Positions 1 through 9,808 of a DNA stretch of 64,000 bases are shown here, one piece after another (position 1 is the first letter of the stretch; every line of letters starts with the position of its first letter). The DNA is from Escherichia phage JSE. The notes below the pieces were generated by a model. It saw nothing but the letters and a program-made list of their open reading frames with translations, was not told the origin of the DNA and did not search any database. The stretch lies in the sequence record EU863408, one strand, 5' to 3'. Made by a program: the position numbers and the translations under genes.

Positions 1-2109
1 TTAAAATTTAACATTCTTAACCAGTTTCATAAAGTCTTGTGCGCGTTTGTCGTTATGCAGAATACGATACCAGTTATCTACAATATCATACAGTAACGGG
101 CTATTCTCTTTAAACTTCGCACAAACTGCTTTAATTCGTTCGTTTGCTGCCGTGAATTTTTCATCACAGATCTTTTTAGTTTCTTCGTCCATAATCCAAC
201 GAGTATGAAGGAGTAACTTGGAAACCTCTTTATTATAATGACGACCGTACAGTCTGTCAATAAATTCTGGAATACAGCGTTCTAGTTCATCGTCATGAAA
301 CAACATAGTGATCACACCCAGATATTCGCCATACCCCAGATGATTGGTCTTAACCTTCTTCGCCAGACCAGCCAGCTTACCGCGAACAAATTCTAGCGCA
401 CATTCCAATTGTTCGTCAACGAGATATTTTTGTGTCTCGTTTCGAGTAATAATATACTTTGTTACCCCGAAGTAGTCAAGCGCCGTATGTAATGTATTTT
501 CACTATAGATCGATTTACGACTACGGCTTTCGAATGCATCACCTACGCGGAACATGTGCAAGCCTGATAACTCGCGAATCTCTGCCGCTTTCATGTGATG
601 GCTGGTTTTATGCCAACTGTCACCAATCTTTTCCATGATATACACGTTAGGCAGCTTGGGAGTCGCTTCACGTTGTGTACGCTCGGTCTTCTCCGGCTTA
701 ACTGCTTTAGCACGCAGATCATCGGCCTCAGAAACTTTAATCACGGTCATTTCAGAATCATCATAATACTGTTTGATGTACTCGAAAGTCTCCATATGTT
801 TTTCGTTGCGCTGACGGAACACAAGTACCTTTTTATTGATGCCGTATTCCTGGACCATGCCGTTAAGAGTCAGTGCACGCAGTTTCGGTTTATCGGTATC
901 ATCAATAAGACACATAATATCTTCTTTATGCATCCATACAAAATGCGTAATGTTGTATTGACTGCTAACGAAAGCAGGGCGCAATTTACTGATTGTGTGA
1001 CGAGTACGATACAGAGTATACACCTGACCTTCTACGTCATTAGGCGAATCTTTACCCGCATTCACAAACTTATTATAGATTGCTACCGGATCGTCCCATT
1101 GTCCGATCTTACCCATCTTGCTAATAATATTGCGTTGCGTCGATGAATACTCGCTCATAAATTGAGCAAGTTTACGCTCTGTTTTAATGTTGGCGATCTT
1201 TTCTTTAACCTTTTCCAACATCATTTCATTGATTTCTGCAATGCGTTTTTCGATGTTCGCTTTAGTCTCAATTGACAAGTGAACTTCTTCACGCGATGGC
1301 ATCAGGTCCAGATCACCCAACTCAAAATTAATGTAAATGGTCTGGTGCTGGCGGTTTACAGCTTCTAACCATGTTCCGCGAACATATTCATACGGGATCG
1401 GATACTGGATCTTACCCATGATTGCATATACTACATAGGAATCGTTATCACGCCCATTACAAACATAATAATTATCAAAGCTAGGGAAATAATTAATTTC
1501 GATTGCATTGATATTCGGTTTGTGTTCCCCAAAATGACGCAGTACAAATTGCGCTTCTCGATGCCATGTCTGAATGTCTTTTTCTTTCACCGGAATAGTG
1601 ATTTTCAGACCATTGTCTTCACAGGTCGGTTCGTCGAAAATCTGCACCATTTTCGGCATAGAGTTTTGCACAAATGCCGTAAAGCCATAAGCGCGACCAT
1701 TGTAATAGTTTACGATTGTAAAGGTGTCGGTATAGCTATAAGCAGACTTCGCACCTAAACCAAAAGATCCGATATAATCATTAGTCTGGTCTTTTGTTGA
1801 TTCAAAGTAAACCGTAAACAGTTGTTCTAATTCTTTCTTAGACGGAATACCAGTACCATAATCACGCACAGAAAAATACGGTTCGATTGCAGTCGGTAAA
1901 TGAATATCAAACGGACGATCTAATGTTCCGGCTTCTTTGTGAGTGTCGGTAGCATTACATGAATACTCACGGACGCAAGCACGCTCACAATATTGATAAG
2001 TGTTCTTAGAAAGCACCATAAAAGCCTTGCTACTTGCTTTCAGTGAAAAATCAACCGCACCGCTCAAGTCACTGCCAAATACTTCTTCATTATCAATATG
2101 CATTTTCAT
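1..2109 (-). CDS. rIIA: rIIA membrane-associated protein (GHKL ATPase-like domain); C-terminus cut by window edge
   Basis: 702-aa ORF; HATPase_c-like motifs RDYGTGIP and GSFGLGAKSAY; SD GAGGA before ATG at 2107-2109; left end of T4-type map. Confidence 0.85.
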   Translation of the reverse strand: MKMHIDNEEVFGSDLSGAVDFSLKASSKAFMVLSKNTYQYCERACVREYSCNATDTHKEAGTLDRPFDIHLPTAIEPYFSVRDYGTGIPSKKELEQLFTVYFESTKDQTNDYIGSFGLGAKSAYSYTDTFTIVNYYNGRAYGFTAFVQNSMPKMVQIFDEPTCEDNGLKITIPVKEKDIQTWHREAQFVLRHFGEHKPNINAIEINYFPSFDNYYVCNGRDNDSYVVYAIMGKIQYPIPYEYVRGTWLEAVNRQHQTIYINFELGDLDLMPSREEVHLSIETKANIEKRIAEINEMMLEKVKEKIANIKTERKLAQFMSEYSSTQRNIISKMGKIGQWDDPVAIYNKFVNAGKDSPNDVEGQVYTLYRTRHTISKLRPAFVSSQYNITHFVWMHKEDIMCLIDDTDKPKLRALTLNGMVQEYGINKKVLVFRQRNEKHMETFEYIKQYYDDSEMTVIKVSEADDLRAKAVKPEKTERTQREATPKLPNVYIMEKIGDSWHKTSHHMKAAEIRELSGLHMFRVGDAFESRSRKSIYSENTLHTALDYFGVTKYIITRNETQKYLVDEQLECALEFVRGKLAGLAKKVKTNHLGYGEYLGVITMLFHDDELERCIPEFIDRLYGRHYNKEVSKLLLHTRWIMDEETKKICDEKFTAANERIKAVCAKFKENSPLLYDIVDNWYRILHNDKRAQDFMKLVKNVKF

Positions 2110-2123
2110 AATATAATCCTCAC

Positions 2124-2381
2124 TTAATTAAAATCTTCTTTGTCCATCTCTGCGTAGATTACATCCCACGCCCATAAATCAATAAACGCATTATATGTCA
2201 CGGTGCAATCGTTGTCAATCACTTCTTTCGCATATTTCTTGATGTTTTCGTAGGAAACTTGCGGATCAATTTTGTGTTTACGAAGGTGTGCATATTCATA
2301 CCTCAAACATTTCATAAACAGGTCCATCGATTTCTTTTCTCGATGGCACTTGGCGATCAGAAAATCAAAACTTCGACTCAT
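2124..2381 (-). CDS. hypothetical protein (rIIA.1 position)
   Basis: 85-aa ORF directly downstream of rIIA, same strand. Confidence 0.5.
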   Translation of the reverse strand: MSRSFDFLIAKCHREKKSMDLFMKCLRYEYAHLRKHKIDPQVSYENIKKYAKEVIDNDCTVTYNAFIDLWAWDVIYAEMDKEDFN

Positions 2382-2391
2382 TTTCTACTCC

Positions 2392-2586
2392 TTATACATT
2401 TTCAATCACCCATTGCAGATGGGCTTCTGCGTCAACCAGTTCAGCGCGGCTTTTCTCTAAGCACTTGCTGTATTCTTTACGTTCCCACTCGGCAATTTCG
2501 TTTTTCAGGACTTCTTCATAGTAAGCAATTACGCCTTTCAGGTCTGAAACTTTACGGCTTGCCAATTCGATGTAATGGTTACGCAT
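2392..2586 (-). CDS. hypothetical small early protein
   Basis: 64-aa ORF; AGGAGAATCAAA-ATG initiation region; early promoter cassette immediately upstream. Confidence 0.5.
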   Translation of the reverse strand: MRNHYIELASRKVSDLKGVIAYYEEVLKNEIAEWERKEYSKCLEKSRAELVDAEAHLQWVIENV

Positions 2587-2624
2587 TTTGATTCTCCTAA
2601 GTGGTATCTCGTTTCGATGGGGAC

Positions 2625-2653
2625 ATTATGATATATCCCCGATCCAGTGTCAA
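2625..2653 (-). promoter_or_regulatory. sigma70-type early promoter (PeSL-like cassette)
   Basis: minus strand TTGACA, 17-nt spacer, CATAAT; GGGGA/TCCCC inverted repeat around the -10 box. Confidence 0.6.
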
Positions 2654-2660
2654 CAGATTT

Positions 2661-2960
2661 TTAATCTTTTTTCAATGCATCCATTACTCGCTCTGCGATC
2701 AGTTCTCGTAAGCACTGATAACCATGATATTTGATGGCAATGTCACGCAGATCATTAACCAGTTCCCGTACTTCATGGTCTTTCAGATCGTCTCTGTATT
2801 TCGATTTAACCGTGTCTTTAGGTGGATTGTGGATAACCTGAAAACCTTGTTCTGCAATCACTGCGGCTTCGCGCTGGCGTTCATGCTGTACTGTATTTTT
2901 GATCAGGTCTGCTTCCATGAACTTTGCCATACTCATCATCATGTTATTCTTTTTGCTCAT
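2661..2960 (-). CDS. hypothetical protein
   Basis: track ORF 2661-2996; start moved to ATG at 2958-2960 (SD GAGGA) because promoter -10 lies at 2995-3000. Confidence 0.45.
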   Translation of the reverse strand: MSKKNNMMMSMAKFMEADLIKNTVQHERQREAAVIAEQGFQVIHNPPKDTVKSKYRDDLKDHEVRELVNDLRDIAIKYHGYQCLRELIAERVMDALKKD

Positions 2961-2994
2961 TATTAAATCCTCATAAAAGAAAAGGGAGACTCCC

Positions 2995-3022
2995 ATTATA
3001 GAGAATCTCCCTTGTATGTCAA
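2995..3022 (-). promoter_or_regulatory. sigma70-type early promoter
   Basis: minus strand TTGACA, 16-nt spacer, TATAAT, followed by GGGAGTCTCCC inverted repeat. Confidence 0.55.
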
Positions 3023-3582
3023 CTAAAATTTAAAGATGCAAACTCCCCGTGATGAATTTTTGCATATTCATCATATGCTCTAGCGGCTTCCTCCTGAGTA
3101 GCAAACGATCCTATGTATTTTCTGTATCCGTTTATCCTTATTTGTGCTTGCCACGGTCTTTTGCTCGATCCTTTGCGATGAGTAACACCATTATATATGC
3201 TCGTGCACCCGTCCATTTTCTTTTTATTGTACATGTTTTGTTGTTGTGTTGCCTCCCGTAAATTTGGTGGATTGTTGTTTTCTGGATTCCCGTCTATGTG
3301 GTCTATTACCTTAACCTGTGTTCCATATTCAAGAAACCAGACAATTCTATGTACAAGATATGTAGATGTTCTCTTTTTAACCTTATTGTAAACATCTATT
3401 GCCAAATGACCGTAATTTAACTTTTTTGTTTTTACTTTATCACCGACTTGGTAGAAATATCCCTCTGGTAGACCATTAAAAGACGGACTATTTGTTTTGT
3501 GATATAGAACACCTTCCGTGTGTCCAAATCTTCGTTTTAATTCCTCTTGAATTTCAGTATTCCAAAATTTCGCACTTTTCAT
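3019..3582 (-). CDS. free-standing HNH homing endonuclease with C-terminal AP2-type DNA-binding domain
   Basis: 187 aa; HNH core HIDGNPENNNPPNLREAT; AP2-like tail (YNGVT...WQAQI...GSFATQEEAARAYD); start 1 nt after gene 39 stop; paralog at 56960-57535. Confidence 0.8.
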   Translation of the reverse strand: MKSAKFWNTEIQEELKRRFGHTEGVLYHKTNSPSFNGLPEGYFYQVGDKVKTKKLNYGHLAIDVYNKVKKRTSTYLVHRIVWFLEYGTQVKVIDHIDGNPENNNPPNLREATQQQNMYNKKKMDGCTSIYNGVTHRKGSSKRPWQAQIRINGYRKYIGSFATQEEAARAYDEYAKIHHGEFASLNFS

Positions 3583-3583
3583 A

Positions 3584-5407
3584 TTATGACGCCATCCATG
3601 CCTTCCTCATGTCTGAATCTTCACTATAGAGCAAATCGAATAGCTCTTTATAGTTTTCCGGTAACGTGATGATCTCCATGACAGGATCGTTGATCACGCG
3701 ATGATAGTCTGATTCTGTGAGCGATGCTAAACCTTTGATATATCGAATGTTGTAACCTTTGATATTATCTCGGTCGTTCTCGAAATCTTCTAGGTCATAA
3801 TACCATCGAACATCATCACCTTTCTTTGGTTCAGCAATGATAATAGGTGTTTTGATAAACCGGATTCGTCCATCTTCGAACAATTCAGGCCAACGTGCAA
3901 AGAAAGAGATCAGACTAGGTTTAATAGACCCGATCCCGTCAGTATCAGCGTCGGTCATAATCGCAATATTTTTGTATTGCATAACTTCCAATGCATCAAC
4001 ACCAAATTGCAAGCCAGTGATCGCCATGATGTTAAAAATTTCGGCGTTCTTAACGATCTTTGCCTCCGGTTGTTCCCACGTTGTAAGAGTTTTGCCTCGC
4101 AACGGGAAACCTCCATGTAAATCTTGATCACGTACAGAGATCAGATAGTTGATCGCGGAATCACCTTCCGTCAAAAACAGGGTAGTTTCTGCGTCAGTTC
4201 CAATAAGGTTAGCTTTAACGTGTTTTGCTACCTTAGCCCGTTTTGCTGCCTTTGCTGCCTTAGTCGCTGCCGCTTTATCTGCTGCCTCTTTGCGTGCCAG
4301 GACTACAGCAATAATAGGCATGATAATGTTTTCTTTCTTCGCAATGACTTTAGCCAGCTTTTTAAAATCAAGATCAATATGACGCTTGATATCACCAGTT
4401 GGGTTAGTCAAGCGTTCTTTTGTCTGTGAATCAAAACGAAGGTTAGGCAATTCACGAACAATCAAAATACAGGTCAATCCAGACTTAACCGCAGCTTTAG
4501 TAACATCAACCTTATATTCTTTCTTGATTCGTTTTACAATCTCTTCACAAAGATCATCTGTCACGTAGTCTACGTGTGTTCCCCCGTTTTTGGTAAACAG
4601 ACCGTTAGCAAAGGATACTGATTTAAAACCTTCTCCCTCGACCGCCGGAACTAGGGCAAGTGAAAAGTTTTTATCTTCAATGACAAACGGATCATCATTG
4701 TATAGTTTAGCATAATCCTTGAACTTACTAACAATACGTTTACCATTAAACTTAAACGTGATCTTAGGAAATATTACGCTCAATGATTGCAGACGATCAT
4801 GAACAATATCTAAAACAGAGTTGTCCATCATATAACCTTCGAAGTGGTCGAAGTCTGGGCAAAATGTAACCTTTGTTCCCTTCAATTTTGATGGTTTCGA
4901 TGACCATGTGATATTTTCAGCACCGTTTGTACATTGAACGGTCATTTCTGTTTCGCCGTCACAGGTCACACCAGTAAACCAATCGCTAAAGAAATTTGAT
5001 AACGACGACCCAACACCGTTCATCCCTTGCGTTAATCGATTGGTATCATCAAAGTTAGACCCTGCTTTTGTTCGTGTCCATGCGGCTACAGGTTGCGGAA
5101 TCTGCGTACCCTCTGGGGTAGTAACCATATGTTGAGGAATACCGCGACCGTTGTCTGTTACCGTAACAATATTGTTTTGGATATCGACGCTAATCACATT
5201 GGCAAATTCAAAATTAGTGCGAATCGCCTCGTCTACAGAGTTGTCGATGATCTCATCAATGATTTTCACCAGTCCAGGAACATATGAAATTTTTGTCCAT
5301 TTACCGAACAGGAAACGTTGATGTTCTTCGTAAGTTGTTGATCCTATATACATTCCTGCACGCTTAAGGACATGCTCACGATCAGATAAAATGCGAAACT
5401 CACTCAT
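3584..5407 (-). CDS. 39: DNA topoisomerase II large subunit (GyrB-like), gene 39 fused with gene-60 region
   Basis: 607 aa; N-terminus MSEFRILSDREHVLKRAGMYIGS; GHKL ATPase and TOPRIM motifs; one continuous ORF through the region that T4 encodes as gene 60. Confidence 0.9.
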   Translation of the reverse strand: MSEFRILSDREHVLKRAGMYIGSTTYEEHQRFLFGKWTKISYVPGLVKIIDEIIDNSVDEAIRTNFEFANVISVDIQNNIVTVTDNGRGIPQHMVTTPEGTQIPQPVAAWTRTKAGSNFDDTNRLTQGMNGVGSSLSNFFSDWFTGVTCDGETEMTVQCTNGAENITWSSKPSKLKGTKVTFCPDFDHFEGYMMDNSVLDIVHDRLQSLSVIFPKITFKFNGKRIVSKFKDYAKLYNDDPFVIEDKNFSLALVPAVEGEGFKSVSFANGLFTKNGGTHVDYVTDDLCEEIVKRIKKEYKVDVTKAAVKSGLTCILIVRELPNLRFDSQTKERLTNPTGDIKRHIDLDFKKLAKVIAKKENIIMPIIAVVLARKEAADKAAATKAAKAAKRAKVAKHVKANLIGTDAETTLFLTEGDSAINYLISVRDQDLHGGFPLRGKTLTTWEQPEAKIVKNAEIFNIMAITGLQFGVDALEVMQYKNIAIMTDADTDGIGSIKPSLISFFARWPELFEDGRIRFIKTPIIIAEPKKGDDVRWYYDLEDFENDRDNIKGYNIRYIKGLASLTESDYHRVINDPVMEIITLPENYKELFDLLYSEDSDMRKAWMAS

Positions 5408-5510
5408 TATTAAACCTCTTCATAACATAACCATAACTTACTGCAACCGCCACAAAGACGGCTGCAACAATCATATTAAAAATTGAGTGATTGTCAAGTA
5501 TATGACTCAT
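5400..5510 (-). CDS. small hydrophobic ORF (36 aa)
   Basis: hand-translated; ATGA overlap with upstream gene, stop overlaps gene 39 start; one predicted TM segment. Confidence 0.3.
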   Translation of the reverse strand: MSHILDNHSIFNMIVAAVFVAVAVSYGYVMKRFNNE

Positions 5511-5680
5511 GACACGCGCACATTTTTATCATAGTACCCGCCATTAATACCGCGCGGGGCAGTTAATCCCTGTTTGCATTCTTTACCACATTCAGGGCAT
5601 TCTGCCTTTTCACGTTCGGAAATTTTGCGGATTTTCTGAAATTGACCGTGTTCTTCACAAGAATAATCATATAATGGCAT
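5507..5680 (-). CDS. zinc-ribbon protein (FmdB-like CxxC...CxxC)
   Basis: track ORF 5507-5761; likely start MPLYDYSCEEHG at 5678-5680; CEEH...CPEC pairs. Confidence 0.5.
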   Translation of the reverse strand: MPLYDYSCEEHGQFQKIRKISEREKAECPECGKECKQGLTAPRGINGGYYDKNVRVS

Positions 5681-5681
5681 A

Positions 5682-6350
5682 TTATCCCCTTTGTTTCTTA
5701 ACTGAATTTGGATCTGGATTTTCTGGCAAGTCTTCCAGACCCATAGCATAACGTTGTGCATAGATTAGCATAAGAATATCGCGAGCGCAATCATGAATTG
5801 CGTCATGCGCGATAAATCCGTCTAGCGTACCCATTGGTAACGGGCATTCACACATACCACGATGCATCAATGTACGCTCAATGGCGGTGCGAACATCTCG
5901 GATATTCCAGAATCGCACAGGTTCAAGGCTGAACGTCTCTCGTGTATTGTGTGCACGGCGGATCATATCAACTAGTAACGGAATATCAAACGCATTACCG
6001 CGTGACCACATTACGGATTTAACCGGATCTACTCCTACGGCTTCACAGAATGCGTTAAAACGCGCTAAACCTTCTTTAGTTGATACTTCCGTACCATTTG
6101 TGATTAATTGCTTTCTCATGCCTTCTGAGGCGGTATTCTTCCACCATTCAACCACACCATGATCAAACACCCTTACACCTTTCTGGGAAGGAATATCAAA
6201 TTTTACCAGAAAGGAATTGTCAACCAGTTCTTTAAATGTAGGTGGATTGTGCGGATCTTCTTTAAATCCGATTGCCGCCATATTGATAACCGCCCCATCA
6301 GGCGGATAACCTAAACTTTCAAAGTCAATCATTAAATCCACTGGAAGCAT
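5682..6350 (-). CDS. dexA: exonuclease A (DnaQ-like 3'-5' exonuclease)
   Basis: track ORF 5682-6422; start MLPVDLMIDFESLG at 6348-6350 with SD GGAGG; between gene 39 and dda as in T4. Confidence 0.8.
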   Translation of the reverse strand: MLPVDLMIDFESLGYPPDGAVINMAAIGFKEDPHNPPTFKELVDNSFLVKFDIPSQKGVRVFDHGVVEWWKNTASEGMRKQLITNGTEVSTKEGLARFNAFCEAVGVDPVKSVMWSRGNAFDIPLLVDMIRRAHNTRETFSLEPVRFWNIRDVRTAIERTLMHRGMCECPLPMGTLDGFIAHDAIHDCARDILMLIYAQRYAMGLEDLPENPDPNSVKKQRG

Positions 6351-6351
6351 T

Positions 6352-6594
6352 TTAAATATCCTCCGCGATATGCCGGAACAACTCCAGATCGTTTTTATCC
6401 AGAATGAAACCGCTACAATCAATAATCCCGTTACCGTAATTATCGGTTAACAGTCGTTCCGTTGCCATGTATGCGCGTACTTTGTTGTTAAAATTCATTA
6501 CATGTTGTGCATAGTCACAATGAATCTTTTGACGGTTCCACGCGACAATTGATTGTAGATGTATTACATTAGCCACATTATTAATAACAACCAT
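6352..6594 (-). CDS. hypothetical protein
   Basis: 80-aa ORF. Confidence 0.4.
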   Translation of the reverse strand: MVVINNVANVIHLQSIVAWNRQKIHCDYAQHVMNFNNKVRAYMATERLLTDNYGNGIIDCSGFILDKNDLELFRHIAEDI

Positions 6595-6595
6595 A

Positions 6596-6769
6596 TCAAA
6601 AACCTCGCTTAGTGAAATGCTCGATCATTTTATTGATACATGCAGCTTCACTATCGCCGGACACGTTCCAGCCGTATAGACCCCATCTAAAGCACATGGT
6701 AACAGTTCCATTGTGACGGCTTACCGTCACATCATTAAATTCTGGGATACTTCGCATAATCATAATAAT
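6596..6769 (-). CDS. small hypothetical ORF (~57 aa)
   Basis: hand-translated; SD GAGGA before ATG at 6767-6769; fills the gap downstream of dda. Confidence 0.35.
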   Translation of the reverse strand: MIMIMRSIPEFNDVTVSRHNGTVTMCFRWGLYGWNVSGDSEAACINKMIEHFTKRGF

Positions 6770-6773
6770 TTCC

Positions 6774-8165
6774 TCAAATATAGTCTACTCGATACCGCGC
6801 ACGGGTAACACCAACATATAATAACTGCATTGCCAATTCAAAGTCAACATTGTCTGTACACATGCAAGGAGTATACAGGAACACGCGGTCTACGCTGATC
6901 CCTTGTGACTTATGAATGGTGCAAGCTGGTAATGCTTTTACATTCAAGAACATACGCTTCATCGTCCAGAATGAATCCCAATCTGGTTTAAATTTTGGAT
7001 TCTCTTTCTTCATTTCGCGATATTGTCCGGCGACCGTATTCAGATAGATAGAGAAAATGTTCTTCTGACGTTGTTCTGTCAGAATGTTGATTTCTACTAA
7101 ATCCGGTTTATCTGTAGTGATTCCGACTGCATCTAAACCGACTTTCTGATTTAGGATCTCTTTGTCTTCGTCATCATCGACGCTTTCCACTTTCAGAGTA
7201 TATCCTAAAACTGGTTGCGGATCTACCCCCGTACAACGTAATGTAAATTCGCGCGGTATAACCTCTTTAACTCGGATCATCTCACCATTGTTAAAAATAA
7301 CATTAGGAATCTTCTTCCCGCGTTCATCTCGCAGATATTCGATCAATGGTTCCTGAGTAACCAGAATTTCATCTACAATCACTGGTTCATCGGTGTTATA
7401 AACGCGCTTACGGACAATTTCATTGAGTTTTTCGACGCTCTTGTTAGTGTAGGCCAGAATACGGTTTTCTAGAAGGTCTTCCGGCGTTTTAACGGTTTCG
7501 AAATAATGCTTCATAAACTCCGGCAGAGTTGAGCTATGGAATACACCCTCGTTACCGCACTGCTTTTCGAATACCCATTTACCATTACGGACAGCGGTCG
7601 CCACATCAATTATTGGCGCATTAGATCGTTTAATCTCTGTAAGTTCTACATTCTGAAACCTTTCATCCGTGAAGAAAGGAGAGATCGACGTTGCACCGCT
7701 CGGATCAACTGGTCGTAACTGGTGCGGATCGCCAACTGCAATAATAACAATTCGACCGTTGATACTCTTCATGAGAATATCAAATAGTTTCTTATCGACC
7801 ATACTCGCTTCATCAACAATGATGATCTGAACATCATCTAGCTTAGGAGTATCTTTTTGCTCAAATACTTGAGTATCTTCATAGTTGGTCGGGTTTAGTC
7901 GCAGTAGTGCATGTAAAGTAAATGCTTGACGACCTACCGCTTTACTCAAAACTTTTTTAGCCTGGTGGGTAGGCGTTGCCAAAACCACACCAGTTACACC
8001 ACGGCGGACCATTTCCTGAACAATGAATTTCATCATTGCGGTTTTACCAGTACCCGCCGCACCACGGACAGTTGTATGCTTCTTTTGTTCAATGCGTTTC
8101 ATTAGAACATCAAAAGCATGTTTTTGCCCGTCTGTTAACATATCGAAAGTTAATACTCTGCTCAT
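6774..8165 (-). CDS. dda: Dda DNA helicase (SF1B)
   Basis: 463 aa; Walker A GAAGTGKT; near-colinear with recalled T4 Dda (SNAPIIDVATAVRNGKW, YVGVTR). Confidence 0.9.
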   Translation of the reverse strand: MSRVLTFDMLTDGQKHAFDVLMKRIEQKKHTTVRGAAGTGKTAMMKFIVQEMVRRGVTGVVLATPTHQAKKVLSKAVGRQAFTLHALLRLNPTNYEDTQVFEQKDTPKLDDVQIIIVDEASMVDKKLFDILMKSINGRIVIIAVGDPHQLRPVDPSGATSISPFFTDERFQNVELTEIKRSNAPIIDVATAVRNGKWVFEKQCGNEGVFHSSTLPEFMKHYFETVKTPEDLLENRILAYTNKSVEKLNEIVRKRVYNTDEPVIVDEILVTQEPLIEYLRDERGKKIPNVIFNNGEMIRVKEVIPREFTLRCTGVDPQPVLGYTLKVESVDDDEDKEILNQKVGLDAVGITTDKPDLVEINILTEQRQKNIFSIYLNTVAGQYREMKKENPKFKPDWDSFWTMKRMFLNVKALPACTIHKSQGISVDRVFLYTPCMCTDNVDFELAMQLLYVGVTRARYRVDYI

Positions 8166-8479
8166 TATCCTAAAATCCTCACCTTGCGAACACAGATAGT
8201 ATTGAGTTCTCGCCGTACCCGTTCTTTTTCATATTCAGGAATTTTATATTCGATACCATCCCGAACAATTTCAGAAGACCGGATTATGCCAAATTTTCGT
8301 TTAGGTACAACCTTGTATTTCGGTTCACCCGCCAATAGACTCTCACAATAATCTATCTGATCACACATTGACGCTAACGCAGCATCATGTGTTTCGCAAG
8401 TTAGGACGCGACCCTTCGCGTCCACTGAGTATTGAAAGAATCCGTCTTTATCACGATAACATACAGCAAATACATGCAT
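8165..8479 (-). CDS. hypothetical protein (dda.1 position)
   Basis: 104-aa ORF, ATGA-coupled to dda. Confidence 0.5.
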   Translation of the reverse strand: MHVFAVCYRDKDGFFQYSVDAKGRVLTCETHDAALASMCDQIDYCESLLAGEPKYKVVPKRKFGIIRSSEIVRDGIEYKIPEYEKERVRRELNTICVRKVRILG

Positions 8480-9234
8480 TATAAACCTACCTTCGCTTTC
8501 ATCAATTCAATCCACGACGCATCAATCGGAAGCCCGTATTTCACGCGTTCTTTTTGTGCTGGCGTTAAGTTCTCATACTTAGAAAGAGATTCAATCAAAA
8601 CGCTGGTATATTTTAGCACGACTTCGGTATTGTTTGCAATAGCCTTAAGTTTTTCTTCTTTCTTGTTGATTTCGCTAAGGGCTTGCTTGAGATCTGCAAT
8701 TTTCTGATAACGTTCTTCCATACGGAAGAGAGTATTTTTAATAGCTCGCTCGACTGCCTCTGCTTTCTCCGGTTCGTTGTGCTTTTTGTGGCGCTCGATT
8801 GCCAATTTCTTTTCTTCGATTGCTATTTCCTGATTTTTGATGCGATTCTCGTTAAGTTCGATCCACTCTATGTACTTCGCACGTAGGGCAATTTCATCAT
8901 CAGAAAGTTTACCGTTAGTTCCTAGTTCCTGGATCTCTTTAAGAGATTCGATAGTGTGATTGCCACGGAAAGAATTGTATTTCAGTTTAACCGGAATTAC
9001 ATTGCCATCAACATATCCCAGATTGCAATCAATGCGCTCTAAGGAGAGTCCATCATCACCTTCACCGAAAGCCTCACCGGAATAGGCGCAATGAGTCTGT
9101 CGGTAAATGTTACGCACAGTGACTAAGCTCATAGAGAAGTCTTTGTTGCGACGTGAAGCACCAGCCATGATAGAGTTCAGACGGAAAACAACCAGCGCCA
9201 ATTCTTCGTTAGATTTAAAAGCAAACAGTTTCAT
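8479..9234 (-). CDS. srd: Srd-like protein (putative sigma-factor decoy)
   Basis: 251 aa; size and position downstream of dda as T4 srd; coiled-coil C-terminus; not verified by alignment. Confidence 0.5.
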   Translation of the reverse strand: MKLFAFKSNEELALVVFRLNSIMAGASRRNKDFSMSLVTVRNIYRQTHCAYSGEAFGEGDDGLSLERIDCNLGYVDGNVIPVKLKYNSFRGNHTIESLKEIQELGTNGKLSDDEIALRAKYIEWIELNENRIKNQEIAIEEKKLAIERHKKHNEPEKAEAVERAIKNTLFRMEERYQKIADLKQALSEINKKEEKLKAIANNTEVVLKYTSVLIESLSKYENLTPAQKERVKYGLPIDASWIELMKAKVGL

Positions 9235-9262
9235 AATTGATTCTCCTTAGTTGGTATGTGTG

Positions 9263-9292
9263 TATTATTGTCTATCTGGTTTGTGCTGTCAA
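9263..9292 (-). promoter_or_regulatory. sigma70-type early promoter
   Basis: minus strand TTGACA, 17-18-nt spacer, AATAAT/ATAATA; then AAGGAGAATCAA-ATG. Confidence 0.5.
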
Positions 9293-9295
9293 CAC

Positions 9296-9799
9296 TTAAA
9301 TTAAAGAAAATTTGTAAATCTCTATCAGATCGCCATTACACGCGTAAACTTCCTCGATCTCATCAAGGATCATGGTCGTCCCTGTCTTGTATATGCATTC
9401 GCGCTCATCTGCCAACATAGCATACAAAGACAGTCGAGTAGTCGGATTGTCATACTCTTTAGACACCACTCGGTCAATAGCATGTTCGTAATAATTCATG
9501 CAAGGCTTGGTAGGTTTTATTGCAATAATCTTTCCTGTTGCATAAACATCTGTTGCAAAGTCCTCTGCTGTTGATTGCAGTGGCGTAAAGCTCATAGGAC
9601 GCTCTACAACGAAAGAATCACCTACAATTAAGGTATCCAGCTTACGGCCTTCTCTTTTGCTCACACCGCGATACAAGGCTTCATGATGCACTAACCGCTC
9701 AGTCTTTTCAATCAATCCATTAAGGATCGACATATCGATATTTTCTTTAGAGTTCATCACTTCATCAATGATGTTAAGTTCTTCTGGTGTAAATTGCAT
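9296..9799 (-). CDS. ADP-ribosyltransferase, ModA/ModB-like
   Basis: track ORF 9296-9865; start at ATG 9797-9799; R-S-E signature (YRGVSKREG, SFTPLQST, ADERE); T4 mod position. Confidence 0.55.
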   Translation of the reverse strand: MQFTPEELNIIDEVMNSKENIDMSILNGLIEKTERLVHHEALYRGVSKREGRKLDTLIVGDSFVVERPMSFTPLQSTAEDFATDVYATGKIIAIKPTKPCMNYYEHAIDRVVSKEYDNPTTRLSLYAMLADERECIYKTGTTMILDEIEEVYACNGDLIEIYKFSLI

Positions 9800-9808
9800 A
9801 ATAAAAAA

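Noticed and set aside
595-1146. Plus-strand ORFs from the six-frame track lying inside minus-strand genes (e.g. 595-1146, 1522-1758, 4149-4382, 16217-16510, 35088-35573, 55471-55824)
   Set aside because: They are antisense shadows of well-supported minus-strand genes, lack RBS/promoter context and have low-complexity composition.
2981-2996. GGGAGUCUCCC inverted repeat as a terminator for the HNH-AP2 gene
   Set aside because: Stem only about 4 bp and it lies downstream of a promoter -10 box, so it more likely belongs to the 5' leader of the next gene.
3584-5407. T4-style gene 60 translational bypass (50-nt hop) in the topoisomerase gene
   Set aside because: The 607-aa ORF is continuous through the gene-60-equivalent region with no in-frame stop or gap.
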